Source: Candidatus Latescibacterota bacterium (GTDB lineage: Bacteria > Latescibacterota > UBA2968 > GCA-2709665). Taken from it: a stretch of DNA of 64,000 nt. The stretch is from contig OZ242180.1 of NCBI GenBank assembly GCA_965205485.1, forward strand, positions 1,632,001 to 1,696,000. The letters run 5' to 3'. Position 1 is the first letter of the stretch. Each line of letters opens with the position of its first letter. The notes beneath the pieces were generated by a model. The model saw only the letters and a list, made by a program, of their open reading frames with translations, did not search any database and was not told the DNA's origin. Positions 49,841 to 59,957 of the stretch are shown here, in pieces. A program made the translations under genes and the position numbers.

Positions 49841-50749
49841 ATGGATTTGATTACGCTCAAGACATGGTCGTCTGAGGAAATCCTGGAAACGGTCGAGGCG
49901 GGTCTGTTGATGAAGGCAGACCCGAAACGGTTTTCGGGATCATTGCGGGGCCGAACGCTGGCGATGCTGTTTCAGAAGCCATCGACGCGGACCCGATGTT
50001 CGTTCGAGACGGGGATGAACCAGCTGGGGGGGTACGCCATGAACCTGGATTGGCGCGCCACCAATTTCCAGTTGGCGGACCTCAGGGACGAAGCCCAGGT
50101 TCTTTCCCGGTATTCCGACGTCATTATGGCCAGGATGTTGAATCATTGCGACCTCCGTGAACTTGCGGCCGGGGCGGAGGTTCCCGTGATTAACGGGTGT
50201 TGCGACCGGTACCACCCGTGCCAGGCGCTTGGCGATCTGATGACGGTACGTGAAATCCGGGGAAAACTGGAAGGCGCCCACCTGGTCTACGTGGGCATCC
50301 GGAACAACGTGTGCAATTCATTGATCGCCGGATGTACCAAGGCCGGAGTGCGAATCACGACGGTGACGCCGGAAGTAAACAAACCCTCCGAAGACGAAGA
50401 CCTCACCGATCGGGCCAGGAAGACCGGTCTTTACCGGGAGACCCTGGACCTGGAGGCGGCGGTGGCCGGAGCGGATTTCCTGTATACGGATACCTGGATC
50501 GACATGGAATTCTTCGAAGATCCTGCGTATGAAGCGGAAAAGAAGCGACGCGTCGAGGCCTTTGCCACGTATCAGATTAATATGGACCTGCTGGACAAAA
50601 CCGGAGCGCTGGTCATGCATTGCCTGCCCGCACACAAAGGGTACGAGTTGACAGCGGAAGTGATGGCGAGCCAACGATGCGTGGCGGTGGACCAGGCGGA
50701 AAACAGGATGCACGTCCAGAAGGCGATCCTGACGCAGTTGCTCGGATAA
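49841..50749 (+). CDS. argF: Ornithine carbamoyltransferase
   Basis: STRTR, HPCQAL, HCLP, AENR. Confidence 0.93.
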   Translation: MDLITLKTWSSEEILETVEAGLLMKADPKRFSGSLRGRTLAMLFQKPSTRTRCSFETGMNQLGGYAMNLDWRATNFQLADLRDEAQVLSRYSDVIMARMLNHCDLRELAAGAEVPVINGCCDRYHPCQALGDLMTVREIRGKLEGAHLVYVGIRNNVCNSLIAGCTKAGVRITTVTPEVNKPSEDEDLTDRARKTGLYRETLDLEAAVAGADFLYTDTWIDMEFFEDPAYEAEKKRRVEAFATYQINMDLLDKTGALVMHCLPAHKGYELTAEVMASQRCVAVDQAENRMHVQKAILTQLLG

Positions 50750-50785
50750 CGAAGCCGCCCCCGCGGCACGGGAGTATGGATCGGC

Positions 50786-51421
50786 GTGGCGGGACTCTTT
50801 ATTACCTTTGAAGGCATCGACAGAAGCGGGAAAACCACTCAGGCCAAACGGCTGGCCGAACGGCTTCGCGCGGAAGGGCGATCCGTGGTGTTCACCCTGG
50901 AACCGGGCGGAACCGGGCTGGGCCGGAAGGTTCGCAGTCTGCTGCTGGAGCGTCGATCGGAAGTGGACCCAATTGCGGAGATGCTGTTATTCACGGCCGA
51001 TCGGGCCCAACACGTCAATACGGTGATCCGTCCGGCGCTCTCGCAGGGAGAAGTGGTCGTATCCGATCGGTTTTTCGACTCCACGGTCGTCTATCAGGGG
51101 TACGGGCGCGGGCTGAACGTGGATCGTATTCGGGCGGTCCAGGAGGTGGCCACCGGGGGGCTGAGACCGGACCTGACCGTCTGGATCGACGTGGACCTCG
51201 AAACCTCGAAGCAGCGACGGATACCAGAAGATGCCGACAGGCTCGAGGCCGCCGGCGACGCGTTTTTCAACCGTGTAAGGAACGGCTACCAAAGGATCTG
51301 GCAGGCGGAGCCGGAACGGGTTCTTCGGGTTGACGGCCGGCTCCCTGTCGAGGAACTCGCGTGCCGGATCCACAAAGCGGTACGGGATCGGCTGCCGGGC
51401 GCGGTTCGGCCAAACGGTTGA
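50786..51421 (+). CDS. tmk: Thymidylate kinase
   Basis: FITFEGIDRSGKTTQ, SDRF, YQGYGRG. Confidence 0.96.
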   Translation: MAGLFITFEGIDRSGKTTQAKRLAERLRAEGRSVVFTLEPGGTGLGRKVRSLLLERRSEVDPIAEMLLFTADRAQHVNTVIRPALSQGEVVVSDRFFDSTVVYQGYGRGLNVDRIRAVQEVATGGLRPDLTVWIDVDLETSKQRRIPEDADRLEAAGDAFFNRVRNGYQRIWQAEPERVLRVDGRLPVEELACRIHKAVRDRLPGAVRPNG

Positions 51422-51545
51422 TTCACAGCGAGTTCGGGGCGGGGACGGCGGCACGCGACGGCTTCCCGGAAGAATGGCGAGAGATTGCCGGGACAGGACC
51501 CGCGACAACGTGGAAGGTTGGGATCTGATAATGCGGAGGCGGAAT

Positions 51546-53468
51546 ATGAGCGGACGGAAACGCAGACGGATATGGGTAGGAGCGGCACTCATCGGCATTC
51601 TGGGGACCTGCGTGGTTCTGGACTCGCGGCTTGTCAATGGGGAAGACGGCTACGCCGCCGTGGAGAACAGTATCGACGAATACATCGAAACACTGAAGCT
51701 GCTGACCACGAGTTATTACAAACCACTGGCGTCCGACTCGCTCACGACTTCAGCCATCGAAGGCATGCTGGACGAACTCGACCCGTATACGCAGATGCTC
51801 AACAAGCGCGGTCTGGACGATCTGATCATCGATACCCAGGGCAAATTCGGCGGGCTGGGCATCACCATCAGCACCATGAAGAGGAACGGCGTCGAGGTAC
51901 CCGTCGTTCTGAGTGTTATCGAGGGTACGCCTGCCGATACTTCCGGCCTTGTGGTCGGCGACCGGATCGTCGCGGTGGACGGAGATCCCACTCTGAATAA
52001 AAAGCTCGAGGAGGTCGTGGACGTGCTGCGTGGGACGCCTGGCAATCGGGTTGTGATTACGATCGACCGAACGGGCCGCTCTCAGACGTTCGACCAGGAG
52101 ATTATCCGGGCGCGTATTCGCGTGAAAAGCGTGGCGAGCATTGACGGAATCGAAGAAGGTATCGGTTACATCGCCATGTCCGGTCTGATCAGCAGCCGGT
52201 TTTCAGAGTCCACCCCGGATGAGCTGAAAGCCGCCGTGGATGAGCTGAAAGCGAAGAATCCCAGGGGTATTATCCTGGATCTGAGGGGGAATCCGGGCGG
52301 GCTGCTGGCGCAGGCCGTCGCCGTCGCCGACGTGTTTCTGGAACCCGATCTGCTGGTTGTCACCACGCGGGGCCGCGTGGATTCCCAGAATAAAGAATAT
52401 CGCACCGCGGAAGCGTCCAGGGTTAAGGATATCCCGCTCGTGGTTCTGGTCAACAGCCACAGCGCGAGCGCATCGGAGATTGTCGCCGGGGCGATTCAGG
52501 ACTCGGACCGGGGGCTGATCCTGGGCACACCAACTTTCGGCAAGGGCTCCGTTCAGTCCTTTCAGCGTGTCAGCAATGAAAAAGCGTTGAAGTGGACGAC
52601 AGCCCTCTATTACACCCCCAGCGGTCGCAGCATCCACAAGAGCAGGCGGTTCGGACGGCTGGGCAACCTGGCATTGAGTGTCGGGGAGTCGCAGGTGCCT
52701 CTGTATCAGACGGTTGCGACGATTGCGGGGGAAGAGAGTCGGGAGGACGCGATCACGCGGCTATTCGAACAGTTCGATCTTGAATCCACAAAACAGGCAG
52801 AGCAGCTGTTCGAGACGGAGCTGGGTCAGATGCTGGGAATGGCGTTGAGAGAGGACCGCGTCGCAAACGAAGTCTCGGATTCGGCCAGGGTCTTCAAGAC
52901 TGCCGGCGGGCGTACGGTCTTCGGCGGAGGCGGAATCACGCCCGACGTGGTGGTGAAACCGAAGCGCAGACCAAGATTGATACTCGAAATGTACCGGGCC
53001 GGATTGTTTTTCGACTTTGCCGTAGAATACGCCGCGCAGACCACGTTTCCCCGGAATCCGGAGGGCTACGAGGTGGGGGACAGGGAAATCAACGCGTTCC
53101 GGGCATTTCTCGCGGACTCGTCGAAACTCGGCAATTTCGGTCGTTACCGCACGCCGGCCCAGAACGAACTGGAGAATCTGAACCGGGCGCTGGCTGCCGC
53201 GGGCCTGGAACCGAAAGCGGACCGGGCATTGGAAGTCCTGCGGAACGTCGTTGAATCGGAGCGGGAGGCGGAGTTCGAAAAGGCGGAACCGTTTATCCGG
53301 CTGGAAATCGGAAGGGAACTGGGAAACCGGGTCTGGGGGAAGAAGGGACGCATTCTGGCGCGGCTGAAGGGCGATGAACAGTTTCACGAGGCCGTCCGAA
53401 TTCTCAAGGACCCTGAACGGTACCGAAGGAGTATGAAGCTGGCGCTCGCCGACGATAGCGGGCGTTGA
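51546..53468 (+). CDS. ctpA: S41 family C-terminal processing peptidase (PDZ)
   Basis: FGGLGI, DLRGNPGGLL, SASASEIV, FGKGSVQ, YYTPSGR, GGITPD; start 51531 or 51546. Confidence 0.93.
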   Translation: MSGRKRRRIWVGAALIGILGTCVVLDSRLVNGEDGYAAVENSIDEYIETLKLLTTSYYKPLASDSLTTSAIEGMLDELDPYTQMLNKRGLDDLIIDTQGKFGGLGITISTMKRNGVEVPVVLSVIEGTPADTSGLVVGDRIVAVDGDPTLNKKLEEVVDVLRGTPGNRVVITIDRTGRSQTFDQEIIRARIRVKSVASIDGIEEGIGYIAMSGLISSRFSESTPDELKAAVDELKAKNPRGIILDLRGNPGGLLAQAVAVADVFLEPDLLVVTTRGRVDSQNKEYRTAEASRVKDIPLVVLVNSHSASASEIVAGAIQDSDRGLILGTPTFGKGSVQSFQRVSNEKALKWTTALYYTPSGRSIHKSRRFGRLGNLALSVGESQVPLYQTVATIAGEESREDAITRLFEQFDLESTKQAEQLFETELGQMLGMALREDRVANEVSDSARVFKTAGGRTVFGGGGITPDVVVKPKRRPRLILEMYRAGLFFDFAVEYAAQTTFPRNPEGYEVGDREINAFRAFLADSSKLGNFGRYRTPAQNELENLNRALAAAGLEPKADRALEVLRNVVESEREAEFEKAEPFIRLEIGRELGNRVWGKKGRILARLKGDEQFHEAVRILKDPERYRRSMKLALADDSGR

Positions 53469-53533
53469 ACGCGAAGCCGGATGCAAAACCGACGTTCCTT
53501 GCGCGGGACAACCACGATACGTGGGCGGAGATC

Positions 53534-53980
53534 ATGGAAGACGCAAACGGTGATCGGGGCGATCTCTACGAAGAGGTACTCGAACACGCACGCCGCGAAA
53601 TAAATGCATCGGCCTCCCAGGTTGAAGAGCTGAGACGTGCGCTCAACTTGCTCGAAGCGCGTGTCGAGGCGGCGAAGGCCGTCTACGAAGCCGCTGCCGC
53701 TCGCCTGAATCTGCAGGACGAGTCGGACGGCCAGGGTCTTTCTGTTTCGGAATCGCTGGCATCCGTCCAGGCGCTCCTGTCGGATGATGAATCCAGGGCG
53801 TTGCGGAGCTGCCCCCGGAATCACTCCACGGCCGGGTTGGCGACCCGGCAACAGGACGGGGAGAAAGACGACCCTCCCGAATCATGGCGCCGGTTTCAGA
53901 TTGGCGGATCCACCCTGGTGTGGAAGCGAGTCAAGAAGCCGAAGCGGCGGCAGAGCCGGAGCGGGGGCAGGGCTTCCTGA
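53534..53980 (+). CDS. Hypothetical protein with N-terminal coiled coil
   Basis: ORF in operon position, heptad-like helix; start uncertain. Confidence 0.55.
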   Translation: MEDANGDRGDLYEEVLEHARREINASASQVEELRRALNLLEARVEAAKAVYEAAAARLNLQDESDGQGLSVSESLASVQALLSDDESRALRSCPRNHSTAGLATRQQDGEKDDPPESWRRFQIGGSTLVWKRVKKPKRRQSRSGGRAS

Positions 53981-54079
53981 ACATTCGCACAACTGTCACT
54001 GTCCTTGAAAAATCACGAAGATTGTCCGCGTCCGAGGTAGATGGGCCGTTCCATTACCACATCAGGTCGGGTGATTGAC

Positions 54080-55528
54080 ATGGGAATCTGTGCAGAGGAA
54101 GAAACGATTCAAGTGACCGACGCGAAAGAGCGAAGCCTCTGTATTGACCGAATGACGCCCGGTGGCGGCCTGTATACGGATGTGCAGCGCACGGTGCATC
54201 CCAAATCCAACAGCCCCTGGCGGGTGTCGCCCGAACCGTTCTGGATGCCACCGCGGGTGATCGAACATCTGGAACGCCTGGGCACGCATCTGTACGAATT
54301 CTATAAGGCCTGCAACCTTCTGTATTCTCAGAGTGTCCGGAAAATCCAGCCGGAGTGGGTGGCGGCCTACCTGGATCAGGGGAAGCCGGAAACCGTAATC
54401 GGATACGGCCGGATGAACCGTTTCAAACAGCATCTGCCCCTGGTGATCCGGCCGGACCTGATTCCGACCCCCGCGGGGACGATCGCTTCGGAACTGGATT
54501 CGGTGCCGGGGGGGATCGGATTCACGGCCAGCCTGGCGGAGCGGTACGGCCGGTTCGGATTTGATATTGTGGGCGGCGCCGACGGTATGGTGAACGGATT
54601 CATGGGGATGGTGCGTTCGGTTGCCGGGATTGGGGAGCCGGTGCTGGGCATTGTGGTTTCAGAGGAATCTTCGGGGTACCGCCCCGAAATGACCTGGCTG
54701 GGGGAAGCCCTGAACCGGGCGGGACTTGAAACCTGCGTTGTGCGCCCGGAAGAGATTATTTTCAGCGAAGCCGGACTGTTCGTGAACGGTACAGGCGGTC
54801 GACGGCAGATTGACGTTCTCTATCGTTTTTTCGAACTGTTCGACCTGAAAAACATACCGAAGATGGATCTGATTTTATATGCCATTCGAAAGGGAACGGT
54901 CAAGGCAACGCCGCCGTTGAAAGCCCACCTGGAAGAGAAAATGCTGATGGCGCTGTTTCACCATCCCATCTTGCGTTCGTTCTGGCTTCGCGAACTTGGA
55001 GAAGAAGGGGTGGCGTTCCTCATGCAGACCTTTCCGAAGACGTGGATTCTGGACCCGCGTCCTCTGCCGCCGCACGCCGTTATTCCGGGTTTGAGCGTGA
55101 ACGGCAGGTATTTCGGAAACTGGCAGGACCTCGGCTCCCTGGGACAGAAACAACGCCGTTTTGTGATTAAGCCGTCCGGTTTCTCCGATCAGGCCTGGGG
55201 GAGCCGCGGCGTAGCCGTCGGCCACGATATGTCGGAGTCGGACTGGCAGACCACGATAGAGTCCGCGCTCGCCGAATATCCCGGATCGCCGCACATATTG
55301 CAGGAGTTCCACACGGGCTCCCGCTTTTCGGTGTCGTACTACGATTTCCAGACGGATCGCATGATGCGCCTCAAAGGACGGGTGCGCATCCAGCCTTATT
55401 ATTTCATTCAGGATGGGCGGCCCGTATTGTCGGGCGTGCAGGCCACGGTTTGCCCGCCGGACAAGAAAGTACTGCACGGGATGGTCGATGCGGTGGTGAT
55501 GCCGGGTGGGGTGGAGGATCCCGAGTGA
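54080..55528 (+). CDS. Hypothetical ATP-grasp-like ligase (circularly permuted / GSP-synthetase-like)
   Basis: IRPDL...ELDS.PGG, DVLYRFFELFD, VIKPSG..WGSRGV, LQEF. Confidence 0.6.
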   Translation: MGICAEEETIQVTDAKERSLCIDRMTPGGGLYTDVQRTVHPKSNSPWRVSPEPFWMPPRVIEHLERLGTHLYEFYKACNLLYSQSVRKIQPEWVAAYLDQGKPETVIGYGRMNRFKQHLPLVIRPDLIPTPAGTIASELDSVPGGIGFTASLAERYGRFGFDIVGGADGMVNGFMGMVRSVAGIGEPVLGIVVSEESSGYRPEMTWLGEALNRAGLETCVVRPEEIIFSEAGLFVNGTGGRRQIDVLYRFFELFDLKNIPKMDLILYAIRKGTVKATPPLKAHLEEKMLMALFHHPILRSFWLRELGEEGVAFLMQTFPKTWILDPRPLPPHAVIPGLSVNGRYFGNWQDLGSLGQKQRRFVIKPSGFSDQAWGSRGVAVGHDMSESDWQTTIESALAEYPGSPHILQEFHTGSRFSVSYYDFQTDRMMRLKGRVRIQPYYFIQDGRPVLSGVQATVCPPDKKVLHGMVDAVVMPGGVEDPE

Positions 55529-56403
55529 TGTCACCGGTGGAACGACATATGAACGAAGGCGCCGGGTCGGGGCTACCGGAAGCCGAGGAAAAGCTGTGCC
55601 GGCTCGAGAAGCTTCTCCGGGAGATGGGGAGTGTGGTCGTGGCGTTTTCAGGGGGCGTGGACAGCACGTTTCTGGCGGCGGCGGCGCACCGGGCGCTGGG
55701 AACGAAGGCGCTCGCGGTGACCGCGGTTTCGGCCAGCTATGCCACCGGGGAACTCGAGAACGCGCGGGCTCTAGCGGGCCGTATCGGTATTTCCATGGAG
55801 GTGGTCCACACACGGGAAATGGAGAATCCGGACTACGTAAAAAACGAGCCCGACCGATGCTACCATTGCAAGACGGCGCTGGCCGACAAGCTGGATGAAG
55901 TCCTCGAAAGGTACGGGAGTCGGTATCGATTTCTGATTTACGGGGCCATCGCGGACGACGTGGGTGACTTCAGGCCGGGCATGACGGCCGCGCGTGACAG
56001 GGGGGTGCGGGCCCCCATGATCGAGGCGGGCCTGACAAAGGAGGATATCCGCCTGTTGTCCAGAGCCTGGGGGTTGCCCACCTGGGATCGCCCGGCGTCG
56101 GCCTGCCTGTCGTCCCGAATTTCCTATGGTACTCCCGTGACCGTGGAAGCGCTGTCTATGGTCGACCGGGCCGAGGCGTTTCTCAAGACGCTGGGATTCC
56201 GCCTGGTTCGGGTTAGACACCATGACGACATCGCCCGCATCGAAGTTTCACCCGAGGAGATCAGCCGATTCTTCCTGGACGGACTCGTCGACCGGGTCGT
56301 GGCGCGCTTGAAGGAAATCGGATATCGGTACGTCACGCTGGATATGCAGGGATACCGTAGCGGAAGTTTGAATGAGACGATTCTGAACATCCAGGGCAAG
56401 TAG
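55528..56403 (+). CDS. larE: ATP-dependent sulfur transferase LarE
   Basis: PP-loop SGGVDS, RCYHCK, RPG, ACLSSRI, VRVRHH, GYRSGS. Confidence 0.92.
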   Translation: MSPVERHMNEGAGSGLPEAEEKLCRLEKLLREMGSVVVAFSGGVDSTFLAAAAHRALGTKALAVTAVSASYATGELENARALAGRIGISMEVVHTREMENPDYVKNEPDRCYHCKTALADKLDEVLERYGSRYRFLIYGAIADDVGDFRPGMTAARDRGVRAPMIEAGLTKEDIRLLSRAWGLPTWDRPASACLSSRISYGTPVTVEALSMVDRAEAFLKTLGFRLVRVRHHDDIARIEVSPEEISRFFLDGLVDRVVARLKEIGYRYVTLDMQGYRSGSLNETILNIQGK

Positions 56404-56445
56404 TCATCGACGCTCAGTATTGTAGGCTTACACGGGACCTGAACA

Positions 56446-57018
56446 GTGGCACTTCTCGAAATCAAGAAATTCGGCTGCCCGACACTCAGAAGGAAGGCGC
56501 GGCCGGTTGAAGCGATTACGGAAGAGGTGCGTACCCTCGTGGACGATATGTTCGAGACGATGTACGCGGCGGAGGGGATCGGGCTGGCGGCGCCCCAGGT
56601 GGGCGTCAGCCAGCGCGTGGTGGTTCTGGACGTCAGCCCGGGCGATCCTGAGGCCGAACCAACGGTGTTGATCAACCCGGAGCTCAGCGAGGCTGAGGGC
56701 GAGGTCGTCGGTGAAGAGGGGTGCCTGAGTCTGCCGGGGGTTGTGGGAGACGTCAACCGCCGGGCGCAGGTCCGGGTTGACGCCCTGGACCGGGAGGGAA
56801 ACGTCTTCAGCGGGACGATGTCGGATATTGCCGCGCGCGCGGTTCAGCATGAGGTCGATCACCTGAACGGCGTTCTGGTGACGGACCATTTCAGCGCAGT
56901 CAAACGAAACCTTCTGCGCAGCCAACTCGTCGCGTTGAAACGGGAAGGCAGCCGCCAGAAACGCGGGCTGATCTACGTGGATCCGGTCCCCGTTGACAAT
57001 TCGAAAGCCGGTCCGTGA
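56446..57018 (+). CDS. def: Peptide deformylase
   Basis: GIGLAAPQVG, EGCLS, QHEVDHLNG. Confidence 0.97.
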   Translation: MALLEIKKFGCPTLRRKARPVEAITEEVRTLVDDMFETMYAAEGIGLAAPQVGVSQRVVVLDVSPGDPEAEPTVLINPELSEAEGEVVGEEGCLSLPGVVGDVNRRAQVRVDALDREGNVFSGTMSDIAARAVQHEVDHLNGVLVTDHFSAVKRNLLRSQLVALKREGSRQKRGLIYVDPVPVDNSKAGP

Positions 57019-57857
57019 ACCAGCGTATCGATCTGCATCTTCACTCGACGAACTCCGACGGGACATTCACGCCTCGGGAAGTGGTTCGCCGGGCCGCGGA
57101 AGCCGGACTCAGCGCGATCAGTTTGACGGATCACGACTCGACCGACGGCGTCGCGGAGGCAGAGGAGGAAGGCGCGCGGCTGGGTATCGAAGTGATACCG
57201 GGAACTGAGCTGAGCGCCAGGAACGACGGCACCGACGTGCATATTCTGGGGTACTTCATCGACCCGGATCACCCGGATCTGATCTCGTGGCTCGACACGT
57301 TTCGAAAGGCCAGGTTGCAGCGGGCGGAACGTATGGTGAGAAAGTTGAATCGTATGGGATTGCGCGTGCCCCTCGAGCAGGTGCTGGCCAGGGCAGGGGC
57401 CGGCGCAATCGGCCGTCCACATATCGCCGACGTGATGGTGGAAGAAGGCCTTGTTTTCTCCGTCGACGAAGCGTTCCACAAATACCTGGGTTATTCGAAG
57501 CCGGCTTATGTTGGCAAATATTCGCAGTCGCCGTCCAGGGCCATCCAGGTGATCAGGGCGGCGGGCGGACTGGCGTGCCTTGCCCACCCCGGATTGTATC
57601 GACGGGACGACCTGATTCCGGAGATGGTATCCGCCGGGCTGGACGGCATCGAGGTGCGGCACACCAAGCACAATGCCTCGCAGGTCGCCAGATATTCGAA
57701 GATTGCATTGGAAAACAACCTCCTGTGCACGGGTGGGTCCGATTGCCATGGCGATGGAAGGGGGGACCCGATCGTCGGTACTGTGGATGTGCCGTTTTCC
57801 TACCTGGAGGCGATGAGGGAACGCCTTAAGACCGCTTCTAAGGACAGACGAGAGTAA
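57015..57857 (+). CDS. PHP domain phosphoesterase (TrpH/YciV-like)
   Basis: DLHLHS..SDG, TDHD, GRPHIA, AHP, GGSDCHG. Confidence 0.92.
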   Translation: MNQRIDLHLHSTNSDGTFTPREVVRRAAEAGLSAISLTDHDSTDGVAEAEEEGARLGIEVIPGTELSARNDGTDVHILGYFIDPDHPDLISWLDTFRKARLQRAERMVRKLNRMGLRVPLEQVLARAGAGAIGRPHIADVMVEEGLVFSVDEAFHKYLGYSKPAYVGKYSQSPSRAIQVIRAAGGLACLAHPGLYRRDDLIPEMVSAGLDGIEVRHTKHNASQVARYSKIALENNLLCTGGSDCHGDGRGDPIVGTVDVPFSYLEAMRERLKTASKDRRE

Positions 57858-57920
57858 CTTACAGCGCAGGGATGCGGGAAGCGTGGTCGCCCGGTCGTAC
57901 CGCGGCGGGAGACACGTCGA

Positions 57921-58913
57921 TTGGACCAGTCAATGCTGCCGGACAGGGCCTTTTTTGACGAAAACCGGGCCGATCTCTACTTTCTAAATACCCGCGAGGT
58001 GTTGTCGCGGGAGGGGATCGATCCGGTTGTTACAATGGAGGTGTTTCCGAACGGGAACGGTACGCTCTGCGGCATGACGGAGGTCCTCGGGAATCTGGCT
58101 GAAGTCTTGCCTGAGGATGCGTCCGTCTGGGCGCTGGGCGAGGGTGAGCCGATGTCCCGAAAGGAAGTCGTTCTCCGGATACAGGCCCGTTACAGCGGCT
58201 TTGGCATCTACGAGACCGCCTATCTCGGTACGCTCGCCCAGAAGAGCGGCTGGGCGACGGCGGCGCGGGAATGCGTGGAGGCTGCAAAGGGAATTCCGGT
58301 GATTAGCTTCGGCGCGCGGCACGTTCATCCGGCGATCTCGGACGTCATGGAATACTCGGCCCTTGTTGGCGGATGTTCAGGTTGCGCCACGCCGGCAGGG
58401 GCGCGTTTGGCCGGCCGCGATCCGACCGGCACCATGCCGCACGCGCTGATGTTGATCATGGGTGACACGCTCACGGCGGCCCATGCCTTCGACCGGCACA
58501 TGCCCGAATCGATCCGGCGGCTCGTGCTTGTGGATACATTTATGGATGAAGCGGAGGAGAGTGTGCGGCTGGCCCGGGAGATGGGTGGACGGCTGCAGGG
58601 CGTGCGTCTGGATACGCCCTCTGAATTGGGTGGTGTGACGCCCGATCTCGTGAGCAGGGTTCGAACCGGGCTGGATCGCGCGGGGCATCGGGAGGTGAAG
58701 ATCTACGTGAGCGGCGGAATGACGCCGGACCGCATCCGGGAGTTCGTAGCGGCAGTGTCCGCGGTGGACGGGTTCGGCGTGGGCAGCGCAATCAGCGGCG
58801 CCTCGCCCATCGATTTCACGTCCGATATCAAAGCCGTGGGGCCACGGTCCGTGGCGAAGCGGGGGCGGAGGCCGGGGGTGACGGAGAATGCCAGGCTCAG
58901 GCAGGTGCGTTGA
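57921..58913 (+). CDS. pncB: Nicotinate phosphoribosyltransferase (short type)
   Basis: DLYF, SFGARH, GTMPHA, LVDTF, GVRLDT, VSGG, FGVG. Confidence 0.88.
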   Translation: MDQSMLPDRAFFDENRADLYFLNTREVLSREGIDPVVTMEVFPNGNGTLCGMTEVLGNLAEVLPEDASVWALGEGEPMSRKEVVLRIQARYSGFGIYETAYLGTLAQKSGWATAARECVEAAKGIPVISFGARHVHPAISDVMEYSALVGGCSGCATPAGARLAGRDPTGTMPHALMLIMGDTLTAAHAFDRHMPESIRRLVLVDTFMDEAEESVRLAREMGGRLQGVRLDTPSELGGVTPDLVSRVRTGLDRAGHREVKIYVSGGMTPDRIREFVAAVSAVDGFGVGSAISGASPIDFTSDIKAVGPRSVAKRGRRPGVTENARLRQVR

Positions 58914-58966
58914 CGAATCAACCCCTCCGCCGGCGGGTGCTCCGAAAAAACGCGTGGAGACGGAAT

Positions 58967-59269
58967 ATGGAGGTCAAGGTCCTGTTTTTCGCATCGTGCA
59001 GGGATCTGGTCGGGACGAGGGAGGCGTCGATGTCGCTGCCCGAGCACGCCTCCGTCGCTGACCTGCTGACGCGGCTGGCGGAAGCGCATCCCCGGTTGCG
59101 GGAAATGGAAGGCAGTCTGATGATTTCGGTCAACCAGGCGTACGTGGATCGGACCCGGCGGCTCGGTGACGGGGACGAGGTGGCGTTCATCCCGCCGGTC
59201 AGCGGGGGAGCGTCGACCGACGGCATCGCGGGAGACGGCTCAGGGGAAGGAAGAACCCATGTCAGGTGA
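58967..59269 (+). CDS. moaD: MoaD/ThiS sulfur carrier with C-terminal extension
   Basis: VKVLFFA, GDEVAFIPPVSGG followed by 19 extra residues. Confidence 0.9.
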   Translation: MEVKVLFFASCRDLVGTREASMSLPEHASVADLLTRLAEAHPRLREMEGSLMISVNQAYVDRTRRLGDGDEVAFIPPVSGGASTDGIAGDGSGEGRTHVR

Positions 59270-59711
59270 TCTGTACCACATCCAGGAAGGACCCATTTCG
59301 GCCGACGCGCTGCACGACGCCGTGCTGAGAGATTCGGATGGCGCGGTGGCGACCTTCGCGGGGGTGGTGCGAGACCATTCGATGGGCCGCAGGACGAGCT
59401 ATCTGGTGTACGATGCCTACAGGGAGATGGCCGAAAAGAAAATGGAAGCAATCGGCCGGGAAGTGAAGGCGAGGTGGGAGGTGGACCGGGTGGGCATGCT
59501 GCATCGCGTGGGGCGATTGGAGATCGGCGAGACCAGCGTACTGATCGCGATTTCCGCGCCGCACCGCAAAGCGGCACTGGAAGCCTGTCATTACGCGATC
59601 GACCGGCTGAAGGAAACCGTGCCTATCTGGAAGAAGGAAGTGTGGACGGATGGCGAAGAATGGATCGAAGGCGATCCCTCGGCCTCAGGAAACACAGCGG
59701 TCAAAGGATAA
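59259..59711 (+). CDS. moaE: Molybdopterin synthase catalytic subunit
   Basis: GAVATFAGVVR, HRVGRL, SAPHR, LKETVPIWKKE. Confidence 0.95.
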   Translation: MSGDLYHIQEGPISADALHDAVLRDSDGAVATFAGVVRDHSMGRRTSYLVYDAYREMAEKKMEAIGREVKARWEVDRVGMLHRVGRLEIGETSVLIAISAPHRKAALEACHYAIDRLKETVPIWKKEVWTDGEEWIEGDPSASGNTAVKG

Positions 59712-59780
59712 CAGTCAGCTGTCAGCGGCAAGATCACAAATCCACGAGACGGTCCTTTCAGGTCTATCTGACCCGCCGCC

Positions 59781-59914
59781 CGGTCTGGGTGGGGGGTTTT
59801 TCCGTGTTATTCCGTCCATCTCCGTAGTCCGCAAGTTTCTGACGTGCTTGCAGGCCACCCGATTCCAATTTGCGCCACTGAGGTGATTCACGGAAAAACC
59901 GGCCCCGCGCCGAG
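59781..59914 (+). repeat. Structured dispersed repeat family 3, copy B (3'-truncated)
   Basis: GGGGGGTTTTTCCGTG...CAGGCCAC...CACGGAAAAACCGGCCCCGCGCCGAG. Confidence 0.85.
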
Positions 59915-59957
59915 TCACGTGAATTTGAAAAAGGACGTAATTGACAGGAAAACAAAT

